A DNA stretch of 64,000 nt from Moniliella sp. 'wahieum' (GCA_003971905.1 RSEE01000014.1:744001-808000), one strand, 5' to 3'; positions 23,088 through 35,870 are shown, numbered from the stretch's first letter. Translations and numbers: made by a program. Notes: generated by a model not told the origin, from the sequence alone.

Positions 23088-23955
23088 GAGCTACAATCTG
23101 ATCCCCCCGGAAGGGGAGCGCTCTTCAAGCAAGGGTTAACCCTAACCCAACAACACCACCGCCACAATCGGCACCTTACCGCCACAATCGGCATACTACC
23201 GCCACAATCGGCATACTACCGCCACAATCGGCACACTCGTCCCCCACAGATGGGGCAATGATTTTTAGGGACAACACACGACGGAACAAAACGTGTCGGG
23301 TATCGTCAACGAGACGAAATTCCTCCAACGACAAAACGGCGCAGGCGAATCGCAGAAAGCGGGGGTGGCTGCTCATCAAGTGCCCCACCCACGGCTACAC
23401 GCCCCGGATTGCCAATTCATCCGGGGCACCTGGGGAAAGGATGGGGGGGGGTGGTCACCCAACTTCTTCCACTCCTCTTTTTCAACAACAAAGAGAACCC
23501 AAACAGATCAAGACGGTTGACGCATAGCGCCCGTTCATTTCCCATGCCCAATGGACCCCACTGGCACCAGGCATGCGGAACCAAACAACTACCAAACGCA
23601 TCCAATTTTGATGCCAAACGACCTTGGACCGCATTTACTCCAAGTTTCCAATTTTCTTTCACTACACCTATAACTGGTGCTTTTTACTTTTGCCCACCAA
23701 ATCGCTTCGGGGCGCAACCCCTACTACTTTACTTCTAAGACTTCTACAAGCATCTGGCGGTCGCACAATACACCAACCACAAGCGCTCGGCTCGTTCAGG
23801 TGTCATCCTGGACAGCGGGGGTGTAGGCCAGTCGTGTGGCCATGCACAACTCCAGGCCATTCGTCCCGGTTGCCACTCAAGTCCTCCCCTCTCTACATCC
23901 ACTGGCAGGAGCTCATCCCACAACCGATGTCTCCGGGTTCCCTGGCCAGCGGGGG

Positions 23956-24195
23956 TGTTGACTGTGATCCTCTGGCTCCCAGTCGGTAGACCAGGTTCGC
24001 CTCGGTTCCATCGGCTTCCACGCTGACGTCCCTGCGTGTCACTGTCCCTGTGCCCTGCACTCTCTCCTGTGTGACTCACTGTCCCTGTGCCTAGTCCAGC
24101 CTCCTATATAGATGCCTCTGTACCCAGACCCAACTCTGGCTCCAATCCATCACCTTCTCCTCATCCTTCTGCCCGTCCGGCTCCCTAGGCCAACA
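23956..24195 (+). repeat. 3' LTR of the TRIM
   Basis: Identical by eye to 22848-23087. Confidence 0.95.
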
Positions 24196-25443
24196 AGTGG
24201 CCAAAGGGCCCCCTAGCACGGCGTGAGTCTGACACTTGAGCTGCTCAATGTCCCCACCCACAGATGGGACACCAGGCTTACAGCATTGCAGGAGAGTGAG
24301 GCGGGTGAAGCTCGAAGCCTCAGACCTGAGGCCCTGTGACACGTGAGAGATCTAAGGCCAAAGACGACAATGGTGCCGTGGGTCACAAAGTTAAGCAGTA
24401 GGGTGCCCTTTGAACGTTGAACACTGCCATATGCCTTGAAGCTTGACGTTGCTTCCCATTGCCGAGCCCGAAGCAAAAGAAAAACTGGGTGCGATGTAAA
24501 AGTACCACCGCTCGAACAGACTGGTAGTGGGCAATGCGTCAAACATTTGGAACATCTTGCAGTGTCCAGCGCACCATCTGGTCCACCGAGAGCCCATGAT
24601 CGCGTGCGGAAGAACTTGTTTCACGAACTTGTCGCGTAGCAGCCATTATGCATTGACAGCGTTTATAACGTTTAACTGTTTAATTGTCTCCATACCCCTT
24701 TTGTTCCGCTCCCGACGGAATGGCACCTGTTTCCGTCGGCATGGAAATATCCGTTTGCCATGGGCCTCCAGAGCAACAGCTAGCCATTCGTCACTCCTCC
24801 CCCTTTCTTCAGCTACTGGTCAAGGCGGCCTCAAAAACAATCCTATGCACATCTGGAGCATACTCCACCAGATACGGGGCACCTCCTTCAGATAGCTGGG
24901 CGTATGTCGTGAATGAACAAGCCCGTTTCCGTTAGACTTACAACAACGCCGATTACAAATCGCCAAACCTTTCTCTCGATGGAATCGTTGGGTGTACTGA
25001 AACCCAACGTGCTCAACGTCAACCTCGGGGGAAATGAGGGAATGAGATGAATCAGTATCTTTTTGCGGGGAGGGGATAGAGAGGGAACATGATGAAGCCT
25101 GGAGACTGAGCTAGGTTGGCACAGACCCGAGAGTGGAGACGCCATATGAAGGTGCGCCATGGCAGGTACGAGTGGGAAGAAATGGCTAACCAACACCACG
25201 ATGGTGGGTCAGCAACGAACAGGGACAGGGAAGGGGCATGGAAGCAGGAGATGATAAGGACTCACCAGCAGCTACCTTGCCCGTTCCCCTCAAGAGAAGA
25301 AGTGCCGACAGCGGTCACGCCATCGAACAGCGCCACCAGCACGGGCGTATCCCAGCACTTGGAAATAGCAAGATGGAGCAGATCCAGCCTACCGACGCGC
25401 GGCTGCTCTGGGGCCAAGCCAAAATGGAATAGGGAACGACAAG

Positions 25444-25910
25444 TTACATGGCTTTGGCCACCAGCTCGCCGCCGCAACCCACACGCACAGCATCCTTGAT
25501 TTCCATGAACCCCCTTGGTCCCGTGTTGATGATACCCACTTCACCGAGGCGAAGAGGAGGCATGTACTTTGCGCGGCGGCCCGTAGCAAGCTTCATCAGC
25601 TCGTCACGCTCGAAAATGAGTTTCCTTCCCGGCTTGGAAACCATCTTGAAATACTCAAGCACTGCGCGGTCATCGGCGCGGTACTTGAGGTCGATCCAAA
25701 ACCTGCGGTCGCCATGGGAGGGGGCGTGGATCCAAGCAGTGGGGGTGCGGGACCTGGTTGGTGGCGGGAGATGTTGGAGAGGAAGCCTTGGTTGAGCAGC
25801 ACCATGGCCATGCCCAAGTTGTCGTGGGTGGCCGCCACGGGAAGCGTGCGCACGCCGCGGCGCGCACCGTTCTGGATGCGCAACACAAACTCGGCAATGG
25901 GAGCCAGCAT
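25444..25910 (-). CDS. MRPS8: Mitochondrial ribosomal protein S8 (uS8m)
   Basis: LRIQNGARRG...LLNQGFLSNI...RFWIDLKYR...MVSKPGRK...LGEVGIINT...EIKDAVRVGCGGELVAK. Frameshifted. Confidence 0.88.
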
Positions 25911-26184
25911 TGGGCAGCACGCGGGCGCCGGCGAGGGGGGGGGGTGGGGGGGTGGGAAGGGGGAGCGGGCGGTACAGGCAGCCTCCAGCCCAAGAAGAAG
26001 GATCGGGGCGGGCGGAATGGAGACGCGGGAGGCGGGCGGAATTGGCCTGGGCGCAGCCGAGGCCCGGCAATTGCTCGGTTGCGACTTTGCCTCGCTCAGC
26101 TGTGCACTTGGCCGAGGCGCTTGCTCATCTCTCTCGCGCAATCGCACGTTTTTCGGCAGCACGCGGCTTGTGCACTGGCCTGCC

Positions 26185-27479
26185 ATGCCGCTTTCGTTTG
26201 AAGAGATGCGCGAGGTGCGGGCGCGCTCAGCAAGGCGTGGGCGCTGGCGCGTGGAAAGACGTGGAGGCGCTGCTCAAGCGTCTGCGCGACCATGCCGAGC
26301 CCACTGAGGAACAGATCCGCTCCACCAAGTTGGGCAAGACCATTGGCACGCTGCGCAAGTCCACCGAGCCCCACATCTCCGATTTGGCAAAGGCCATCGT
26401 CAAGAAATGGCGCAACAAGGTCGAAGCCGACAAGGGCAAAGACGGCAAGAGGAAGGCCGAATCCAAGCGTACGTCGTGTGACCATGCCCCATTCCCATAC
26501 TCGCTTGTTCGGATACTGATCGCTGTCCATCTGCATGTAGCTTCCACCTCTTCCAAGACAGACCCTCCCAAATCGGCCTCGCCTGCACTGTCTGTTTCTC
26601 CCACCAAGCCCTCGCCGGCTCCCACTGCTACCTCGCCAACGAAACCAGCCAAGCCGACTCCTTCCTCGTCTACTTCCAAGCCTGCCGTGCCCCGAAGTAC
26701 AACCAAGATTGACTTTGATGTTCTCGGGGACCGAGTTAGGAATGCTTGTCTTAAGCTCTTGTTCCAAAGCCTCGAAGTTGACTTGAAGGACGGTGAGTTG
26801 CACGTCTCCCATGATCGATGATCCTGCCAAGGAGACTGCGTACTGACCGGAATCCCGTCTTGTCAGACAAGGTGGTTGCCTACGAGATGGCGCTTGAGAT
26901 TGAGAAAGCTGTTTTTACCAAGTGTGGGAACGGTGAGACAAATGGGGAGTACAGGACCAAGGTGCGTTCGCTTTCTCTAAATCTCAAGGACAAGAACAAC
27001 CCTGCGTTGCGACAAGGCGTACTTGATGGTCAGATCGATCCTGCTGCGCTGGTGACGATGACTCCGGCTGAGATGGCCTCGGACGCGCGCAAAGCCGAGC
27101 GCCAGCGGCTTCAGGCACAAAATTTGTTCAATGCCCGCGCTGCTGAGCCACAGGAAGCCGAGACGGACATGTTTGAGTGCTCGCGCTGCCATCAGCGCAA
27201 GGTGCGCTACTTTGAGAAGCAGACGCGTAGCGCTGACGAACCCATGACCGGTACGTTTTTTCTTTTTCTATGCTTTGCGTTTTGAGATGGACACTAACGT
27301 GCTGCACTTTGGGCTACAGTGTTTTGCACCTGCACCAACTGTAACTTCCGGTACGCGTGGATCCGGCTCCTTTCTCTTGCCTGCTTTGCGAGACGTACTA
27401 ACCTCCCTTGTGGTTCCTTTGGGTGTGGCCTTCGCATCTGCTCTCTGCGGTTCCTCCTTCAGCTGGAAGTTTTTCATGA
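26185..27479 (+). CDS. DST1: Transcription elongation factor TFIIS
   Basis: IRSTKLGKTIGTLRK (N-terminal domain), YRTKVRSLSLNLKDKNNPALR, and zinc ribbon FECSRCHQRKVRYFEKQTRSADEPMT|VFCTCTNCNFR|WKF. Several introns. Confidence 0.96.
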
Positions 27480-28405
27480 GCATGTCTTGCTGGAGGTGGA
27501 GCAGATCGGGTTAAGCACAAGGCCGAAGCTAAGCCCCAGGCACGTATTCATCCGATCCACCGTCGGATTCGTACCGTGCCACAGGCGCCAAATGTCAGAT
27601 GTCAAACGTGATGCATACACCTTCATCTGTTACATGTTACTGCTTCGCTCGGGCTAGATGGACTAGCTGGCTAGCCTGCATCCTCGAATAAAAGACTACA
27701 AACAGCTTCGAGGGCCCACTTGCAGGGTACATGATCTGCCTATCTGGATGGCAGTCAGTCCACTCGGCGTGCTCGCGTCTACGCCCAAGTGTGGGTTGGT
27801 TGCGATGCAGATAGAGAGCTTGCCTATTACTACGCTAACGTTGATGCGCCGTGAGGCTGCACGCCCGCGGCTGCTGCCACCAATACCCCCACACCACTCT
27901 TTCACAGCCTCCTGTCACCATAAGTCCACCGCCGCATCTCTCTTGTCTCCACTCATCTATAGCCTCAGGACTGCGCCAACACCCGTTGGGAGCTTCTGTC
28001 GTGCAAGGAGGGGACGGAGGGCGAATCTGAGTGGGTCAGATGGTGGACAAAACGGCATATCTTGCTAGGCGCACAAAGTTACCCTGTCTCTCGCTGGTGC
28101 AGTCCACGCGCATGCTGTCGTGGTTCAGGAGATAGGATAGCCTAGCGCAGGATGATCATTGCATTGTCTTCCTGGGTTCAAGAAAGCAAACTGCAAGACA
28201 ATGTCTTGTCTTTTAACCTGGGGGGTGACGGAGGATGAGGCCTGAGGGCAGGCAGGAAACAGATCGTGGCATGATATGTAAAAGGCAACAGGAAAGGAAG
28301 CGGCGGGGGGGCATGTCCATTGTTGCCATAGAGGCGGTCACAGCTAGCCGCGAGAGGACGAGGTTAGCAATCCAGGGTACCTTTCCCTTACAAAGGAGAG
28401 CCGTG

Positions 28406-31400
28406 TTACGCCTCTGGCAATTCCCCTTCTTCCGCCTCCCCCTCCTCTGGCTCCGAATCCAGTGATCCATCGCAACCGGCGCCACTGCCGGAGCTGGCGG
28501 AACAGGCAGATCCGACTTGGTCGCTTCGATCGGGACAGGGGAGCGGGAGCGGGAGCGGCAGTGGGAGGGAGAACGCGTGGAAACGTGCGTCTTGCCATTC
28601 AGCTTGACCAAGTCCGGCCTGTCCTCAGCCTCCAGCCCATCCCTGCAGCGGGAGAGGGGCCTGCCAACGTGGGGGGCACAGACTCCGGCTTGGGGGAGTA
28701 GGCTCTGGCAATTGCGTTTCTTCCTCCTGGTCATGGCCTTGCGCAGCGACGGACGCAGGTTCAGGCTCTTGCTCGGGCTCAGGTGCAGATTGAGCCTCTT
28801 GCCCCTGCTCCTGCTCTTGCTCCTGCTCCTGCTCTGCTCTTGCACTTGTTCTTGTTCTTCCTCGCTCCTGTTTGGGCTCCTGTTCCGGCTCCTGCTCCGG
28901 GACGTGCTCTGGCACCTGCTCTCGCTCCTGCTCCTGCTCCGCCTCCTGCACTGACACCTGCTCCGGCTCCTGTTCCTGTTCCGGCTCGGGCTCTTGCTCT
29001 TGCTCCGGCTCTTTGTCATGCACCTTGGCAGGCACAGAACCCTTCTCAGGCTCTTGCCCAGGTTGTTCCCCAGTAACATGTTGCGACACTGGTGTGGGCG
29101 GGCCGCGTTCCGGCTCCTGCTCTGGCTCCGGGGGTCGCTCCGACCCAGACTGGGACGGGGGTGCAGGGGCTCGTCCGCACCTGCACCCGTGTCCGCGTGC
29201 GCCTGCACCTGAACCGGAACCGGAAACCTGGCGAGGGGACCGTGGCGGTGGCGGGTGTGGGGGCGAGACGGGCGTGGGCGAGTAAGCGCGCCAGGAGCAG
29301 GATGCGACTCGACTCTTCTCGCGCTCCGGCTCGGTGGGGTCCTCAGTCGCTCAGGCAGCGAGGGCGGGCGTGTGGTTGCGGCTGTCGTTGGCGAGGCCGT
29401 GGTCGTGGGCTCTGCGTCCTGGGCTACGGGCCAGGAGCGGCGTTGGAGCGAAGTGGCCAAGGCGGATTGCGGTCCGGTTCGCTTCCCGATTCCCTCCCGA
29501 TCCCCATCCCGATCCCCATCCAGGTCCTCATCCAGGTCCATCCGGTCATCTTCCTCCTCCCCTGCGCCCGGGTGGGAATCGGCGGGCGCAAGCGACGCAG
29601 ATCCGTTCGGCTGGCGCGGGGGCGGCAACGATCCGTCTGCCTCGCCCGTACCGGCGGGAGGACTGGCTTGCCGAGCCACGTGCCCGGGCTCGTCAGCCGC
29701 CAGCAGCCGACTTGTCCTCTGGCGGGCGCGCAGGAGCACGATCCGAGCCAGTTTCCCCGCCTGCCGCGGGGGCGAGTCGCGCAGTTCATCCGACTCTTCC
29801 GTCTGGCCCGCGCGGACCGCGTGTGGCAAGCTCTTCTTTTCGTCGGTTTGCCCGCTGCCTTGGACGCAGGCGGACTAGGTTGCGAGCCCACCAGGGACCC
29901 GTCCACTGCGCCCCACCCGCACGAGGCTTGGCTTTGGTTCCACTGGACGACCTCGGTTTCTGGCTTGCGTTCCCAGTCGCCGCAGGTACATCCGACGCCA
30001 CTCGTTCCGTCCTCCTGGTAGCGCAGCCGCAGCCAACGGCGTTGGCGCCCGTGCTGGCATCGCATCAGGAGCCGCTGCCACCAACGGCATCGGAGCCGAG
30101 AGTGGCGGGCGGGTGCAGACGCAGGCGCCGACACAATGCCGCGTGCCATCCCGGCCCCACTCGCCGCCAGACCCAACAGCGCCGCTGCACACCATCGTCC
30201 TCCCGCGACCGACTAGCGCGTACCGTCGACGTCAAGGGCGTGTCCGAATCGCTGTCGGATGCGCCGGTTTGGCCGTGGCCAGGGCGGGGCAGACTTGCGT
30301 GCGGCCGCAGCGGGCTTCTTCTTGCTCCCGCCACCGCTGCTGGCCCTTGCCCAGTGACCGGGGCAGGTGTGGGGTCGGGGTCGAGTTGGAGGTAGAGGTG
30401 GCCGCGGACGCGGACGCACGCGGTTTGCGTTTGCGCGCGGCGGTCGTGGTGATCGCCTGGGCCGCTGGCGTAGCAAGTAAGGGCGATAGGGCGCCGCCAG
30501 AGGGCGTCTTTTTCCGAGTACGTTTCTTTTTGTCCTTGTCGTCTTTTTTCGCTGCGCCCGCACCCGCACCCGCACCCGCACGCGCAACGGGCGAGTGCGC
30601 ACTGTGCAGCGGCCGATCCGAGCTGTCGGACCCAGAAGGAGGGCGACGGACCGGGTCAGCGGCCATGGCGCCGGCCGGACCGGGCGGAGGCGGGAAAAAC
30701 CCAGGACCGCGCCCGAGCGCCATCCCGCCCGAGCCAGGGCGAAACCCAGCGGGGGGAGGAACGCTGGACGCAGACCAGTCCGGCTCGACCGGCGCGCCGT
30801 CATACCCGGGTCGCGGGTACGGCAGGGGCGGGGGGAAGGAAGGGTGGGGGCCATATGGCGGTGGGTAGGGCGCGCCTTGTTGCAAGGGAGGCGGTGGGGG
30901 ACCCATTTGGGACCCCATCTGCGATCCCATCGGTCCCATCGGGCCCATCGGGCCCATCCGCGCCGGCCCACCCGCCGGACGGGGGGCACCCAGTACCGAC
31001 ACACCGGGTGGCCCGGATGGTGCGTACGCCGATCGGAATTCCCGCTCGGGCGGTGGGAAGCGATGCAAATCCATCCCGGGCTGGCCATGCCGTGGCGGAG
31101 GTAGCTCGGCATCAGCAGGATGGGGTAGGCGCTGTTGCTTTGTGCTGGTGGGGGCGGGAGCAACGGCGCACCGCGCGCACCCGGAGGAGGTGAGACAGGC
31201 GACATGTGGACCCCATTGGGCGCCGCACCCGGCGCAATGCGCACTGGACTGCCCGGATTCGCGGCGCCGGCACCTGCGCCTCCGCCGCCGGGGCGGGCCA
31301 TCGTGGAAGGCGAGGCAGATTCGGCCGGTCGGCTTGGTTGCGTAGCGCGGCAATACGTTCCTGAACATGCGGTTATTGGGATCGAGGTTGTGGGCGCGAA

Positions 31401-32592
31401 CGTAGGCGTCGAGCGCGTCGGCGGTCTGGTTGTTGCACGACTCGTACAAGTGGCCCAAGTCAATCCAGACTTCGGGAATGTCGGGGTTGAGGCGAATGGC
31501 GCGCGAGTACGCGTCGAGCGCGTCGCGGTACTGGTGGATGGTGTAGTACAACGCGCCAATCGAAGACCAAAACTCGGGGTCCTTGTTATTGCGGTACACG
31601 GCTTGTTGGTACGCCTCGTAGGCCTTCTCGTAGTTGTCAGAGGCCATGTAGGCGCGGCCGAGCAGGTACCAACTCTTTGCATCGTCCCCGTCCGATTTGA
31701 GTGAGACAGTGAGCAGCTCCACCGCACGGTCCTGGTCGGTGAAGCCAGTGTCGGGCTGGTGGTAGAGCCAGCCAAGCTGCTGGAGCACTTTGGCATGGGT
31801 CGGGATGCTGGCCAGCACATTCTCGTACGCCTCCTTGGCCGCCACAAACTGCTTGTCCATTTCGCATACATGGCCGATTTGGAACCAAATGTCGACCTGG
31901 GTCAGCGGGGGCGGGGGGTTGGGCAGGATGTAGCGGAAGCACTCGTTGGAGGCGGCGTATTTCTCCTGCTGCTTGTAGATGATGCCGAGGCGGAAGTAGA
32001 TTTCGTTGGCTTTGTCATAGTCGGGGTCGATGCGGACGACAGAGGCAAAGGCCTCCTCGGCGTGGTCGAGACTGCCGTACCGGTCATAGAGGATGCCGAT
32101 GCCGTACCAGAGACGAGGCTCCTTGGGGTTGGGGAGGTGGTAGAGGGCTTGTTGGTAGGCCATGTAGGCCTTCTGGAGGTCGTCGAGCATCAGGTAGCAG
32201 TGGCCCAGGGCGCCCCAGGCCTCGCCATCGTCGGGGGCGAGGGCGAGGGCCTGCTGGAAGGCGTCGACGGCAAGGGGGTAGTCGTCGTTGGCGCGGTGGA
32301 CGGCGGCGACGCCCTTGAGGGCGGGCACGGAGCGGGGGTTGTGGCGAAGGGCGTGCTGGTAGGCATCGAGGGCCTCTGGGGAGGCGCCCATGGCATCGGC
32401 GGCGCTGCCGATGGCGAGCCAGGCCTGCTCGTTGGCGGCGGCGAGGCGGGCGGCGGCGGGGTGGAGGGGTGGGGGGGGGCGTCGGGGGCGTCGGGGAGGC
32501 TGGGGGGGGTGGGTGCGGGCGGAGGGCGGCGGGCGGGGGGGGCATGGCGGCGGTGGCGGCGGGGGCGGCGGGGGGGAGTGGGCGGGGGGCAT
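28406..32592 (-). CDS. SSN6: TPR general transcriptional corepressor Ssn6/Cyc8 with very long Pro-rich and EPEQ-repeat C-terminus
   Basis: RLAAANEQAWLAIGSAA, YQHALRHNPRS, WGALGHCYLMLDDLQKAYMAYQQALYHL, PRLWYGIGILYDRYGSLDHAEEAF, ALDAYSRAIRLNP. The probable C-terminus DSEPEEGEAEEGELPEA* is joined across frameshifts. Confidence 0.92.
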
Positions 32593-34329
32593 GCTGGGCA
32601 GGCGAGGGCGGGGCCGCGTCAGCTGGGCGGCTGGGCGAGTGAAGGGCGGATGGGCGGATGGGCAGCACAGCAGGACAAGCAGACAGACGCAAGGAGGCGC
32701 AGCAAGGGCGTGTGCTCTGCAGCCAGAAGAAGGAGCGGCGCCGAGGCGTTGGGCGGGAAAGAGCGAGGCGCTTCGCACCCCAGCGTGCGCCCGCCACCTC
32801 GGGTGTGTCGGCGGCCGGCTGTCCGGTGTGGGCTGCCGGCCTGCGCCGGCTGGGCCACGCGGCGCTCGGCCGCCGCTGCACTGCCCCTGCGCCGCTGCCT
32901 GGCACAGTGCAGGTGCGCCTGTGCTGCGCTGCCCTCTGCCGCTCCGCTCTGCTCCCGTGCACACTGCCCCTCTGCCTGCGCCATGCGCTCCCCCGTGCAG
33001 GTCCAGCGGACGCACCGCCAGCACACTGCCTTGCTGCGGCTGCGCCAGCCCAGGGTGCGTGCATGCTGCATGCTCCCCATCCTGTGTCCGAGCGCACGCC
33101 GGCCGAGTGAGCCAGTGGCCCAGTGGCCCCGGGGCCTGGTGACCCTTGCATGCCCGCGCCTTGGGCCCAGCGCCTTGGAGCTTGGACCCAGACCAGCCAG
33201 GGCCAGTCTGGGCGGCCGAGGCAGCCCCCGTGGCAGGCTGCACCCGCCAAGGCCGGGGACAGCAGCCACTGCGCTCGGGACATGTGCTGCTGCATGGCAT
33301 GCGGCTGCCCTCGTGCTCGCCCCATCGCGTGCCCAGCGCCCATCCTGCATCCGCTGCGGGCCACTCTCGCGCCAACACCGCCGCCCCCCCCGAGCCGTCA
33401 CATCCGTCACACACCCTGCCCCCCTGCCGCCCTGCCTGCCCCCGCCCAGCGGCCCTGGGCGTTCGCGTGTGGCCGAGCAAGAGCAACGCCCCGCTCCCGC
33501 GCTTCCAGTTCCAGCCCCATCCGCTGCCAGCTGCACGCGCCACGTCACCCTCACCCTCCCTGCCTGCCCACCCGCACACGCACTCCCACTCCCACCGCCC
33601 GCCTGCCAGCTTGAAACATTGCACCCCCCCGCCTGCCTTTCTGGGATTTCACCCTTGCGTCGTACCATTATACGGCCCGTCTCCAATCGACGTATACCCA
33701 CGGTAGGCAGGCCCACGACGTTCCTTCTTCCTCTGTTGTCCCTTCTTATCACCTCACCTCCTTTTTCCTTTTGCCTTTGCCACTCGCTGCCTTTTGCCGC
33801 TCATCCCAGCCGCCGTCCCTACCTGGTTCGCCCCCCACCAATCTCGGCACCACCGCGTCCGTCGCGGGGGCCAGTACAAGGGTGCGCGGCATTGCCGCCG
33901 GCCAAAGTGCCTACCTCACCGCGTCATCCTCTCCCCCTTTCACCACAGCACTATAACTCCACCCTCAGTTTTTCTCTTTCGCTGCTCCGCCTGATGACGA
34001 TGATGAGTTGAAGAATCGGATTGAAGGAGGAAGCTTGAAGAGGTTCGGGATCAGACCCACCTGATGGTCACCCATATAGTCACCAGGTGCACTGACTGAT
34101 CCCTGATTCGTTCTAGACCCTGTTTGACCCCTTCGTTGTCAATGCTCCCCTTTCTTTCTCCGTGTGATTCAGCCTGAATTCGCATGTTCTCTTCTTCTCC
34201 GAAGCATATATCCCTCGCCCCCCTTTCCACTCGGTGAATAGCATCCTCATTCTTTCCCCCATCTCCATCTCCTGTTAAAGAGCCGGGAGTGCTGTGCTCG
34301 ATGAGCGAGAATATGACAATAACGATCCC

Positions 34330-34900
34330 CAAACTTTGGAACGACCGAGAATATGACAACGATCGACAAACTTTAGAATGGTGCTTTGCGCGTGCATATA
34401 TTTTGGTTTTGCTCGTTAGGTCACGACTGTCTCGTTTTGCTTGGTCTAGGGTGCAGAGCCACTCGATGACCCTGTGTAGTAGATCACTTGGGACAAACAG
34501 CCTCCCCTTTTTGCCATAATCAACACCTTGATAGTTCGTTGGCTTCCGCCCCATCCCATCCACCCCACATCAACGTTCAACCCTGCTGCATCATCTCTTC
34601 TTCGCGACCGGGTCCTCGTTCACCCCTGGGCGGCGAGTCCCCGCAGTGCACGCCGAATCCCCCTTCCGTAAAGACGGGTTGTTAGCCCGTGACAGTAAGT
34701 ACACAAACCCTTTTTTCTCACGTGTCGGAGCTGCCATCGGCCGTAGGTTGCTATCATATACACGCACACAGAGGGAAGATGAGAGGGGGGTGCGACGCCG
34801 CCAACCTTCTAAGCTGAGGTCAACGTTTTCACCACTTTTTCCAACTGGGCTCAGTCGGGCTTCTGGCAGAATGATTAATGAGAGGTGGGCATGGTGAGTG
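34330..34900 (-). mobile_element. Highly degenerate Ty3/Gypsy RNase H to integrase Zn-binding remnant
   Basis: GFVYLLSR (ADALSR-like), GRLFVPSDLLHRVIEWL/HPRPSKT and SRSFQSLGI occur in the order expected for the RNase H end and integrase N-terminus. Confidence 0.45.
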
Positions 34901-35483
34901 CGGTGGGCGCCAGGCCGAAACGCTGAGCCGCTGATCCGCTGAGGCCGAACCGGGAACCAAGCACCCAAATGGAATAAGCCGCCAAGGTAAAGTGACGCGG
35001 CGGTGTGGCGTCACAGCTGCGCCGAGCTGAGACACACTATAGTCATCTAGTCATCAGCGCTGCGCTCCGCTCCGCGCTCCTCCATTGTACAAGCGGTGTG
35101 GGCCCAGAAGGCAGGGGGGGGGGTTGCGGGCTGAGACCGGAGATGCGCAGGCTGAGTAGCTGAGTCCTGAGGCTCAGGCTGAGGAACAAACGTGAACTTT
35201 CTCCGTCTTCGGATCTCACCTGCTCCCAGCGCGTAGCCGGTGTTATTGGGATCGATGAGATCTGAGGTTCTGAGATCTGAAAAGCACATCCAGAAGCTTG
35301 GAAAGTGAGCCCGTGCACCCGGCACGCGAGTAGACGTCCCTACTATCTCACTCAAAAGTCGAAAGGGCATTAGGTGGGTGCTCAGACAACCAGCGCAAGT
35401 CGCTCTTCCTTCATCGACTTCATCTCATCCGTCCCAGGCTGAGGCGGCGGCGGGATACAGGAAGAAGTTACAGTGCTCCCAGT

Positions 35484-35870
35484 TTGTAGGGGCACGATAT
35501 GATGTGCAAAAGACCCAAGTTACACAGTCCTCCGAGTTGGTAGGCACGTATAATGATCCTGGTTACCCAGCGATGTCCTAAGTGCAGTTATGCAGTGGTA
35601 GAGAGAAGACAGGAGCTGGGTTGAACGTTGAATGTTGAACGTTAAACCCAGACTGAGGATCAGAAGAAAAAAATGAGAAGAAGGAGACGGAGGAAGAGTG
35701 GCACAAGGCCAGAGGATAGGGATACCGATGCTGTGGTGCTCGGATGTAAGAGTGTCAGGGTGACCTCGGAGGTGATTGGCCCTTCGAACCCTGGTCAACA
35801 CACGATATGATGTGCAAAAAAAGTCACATGTCACAGGCCTCCTACTTTGTAGGCACGATATGATGTGCTT
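35484..35870. repeat. Two pairs of a ~52-bp unit with core CACGATATGATGTGC
   Basis: Core starts at 35493, 35545 (variant), 35801 and 35854. Confidence 0.75.

Larger units (their letters stand above)
22848..24195 (+). mobile_element. Non-autonomous miniature LTR retrotransposon (TRIM-like, Copia-type ends)
   Basis: Two 240-bp direct repeats with TGTTG...CAACA termini. 5-bp TSD AGTGG at 22843-22847 and 24196-24200. G-run (AGCGGGGG) just before the 3' LTR. The 868-bp interior has no intact ORF and holds ~4 copies of a 21-bp repeat at ~23157-23235. Confidence 0.95.

Noticed and set aside
24200..25440. Short ORFs between the TRIM and MRPS8, and similar short ORFs at 1-1300 and 52200-53900
   Set aside because: No recognisable motifs or consistent frame; probably decayed repeat or intergenic DNA.
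31759..34011. 750-aa plus-strand ORF and the 5' extension of the 1130-aa minus-strand ORF
   Set aside because: Antisense shadow of the GC-rich SSN6 TPR region plus stop-poor GC-rich upstream DNA; no domain signal.
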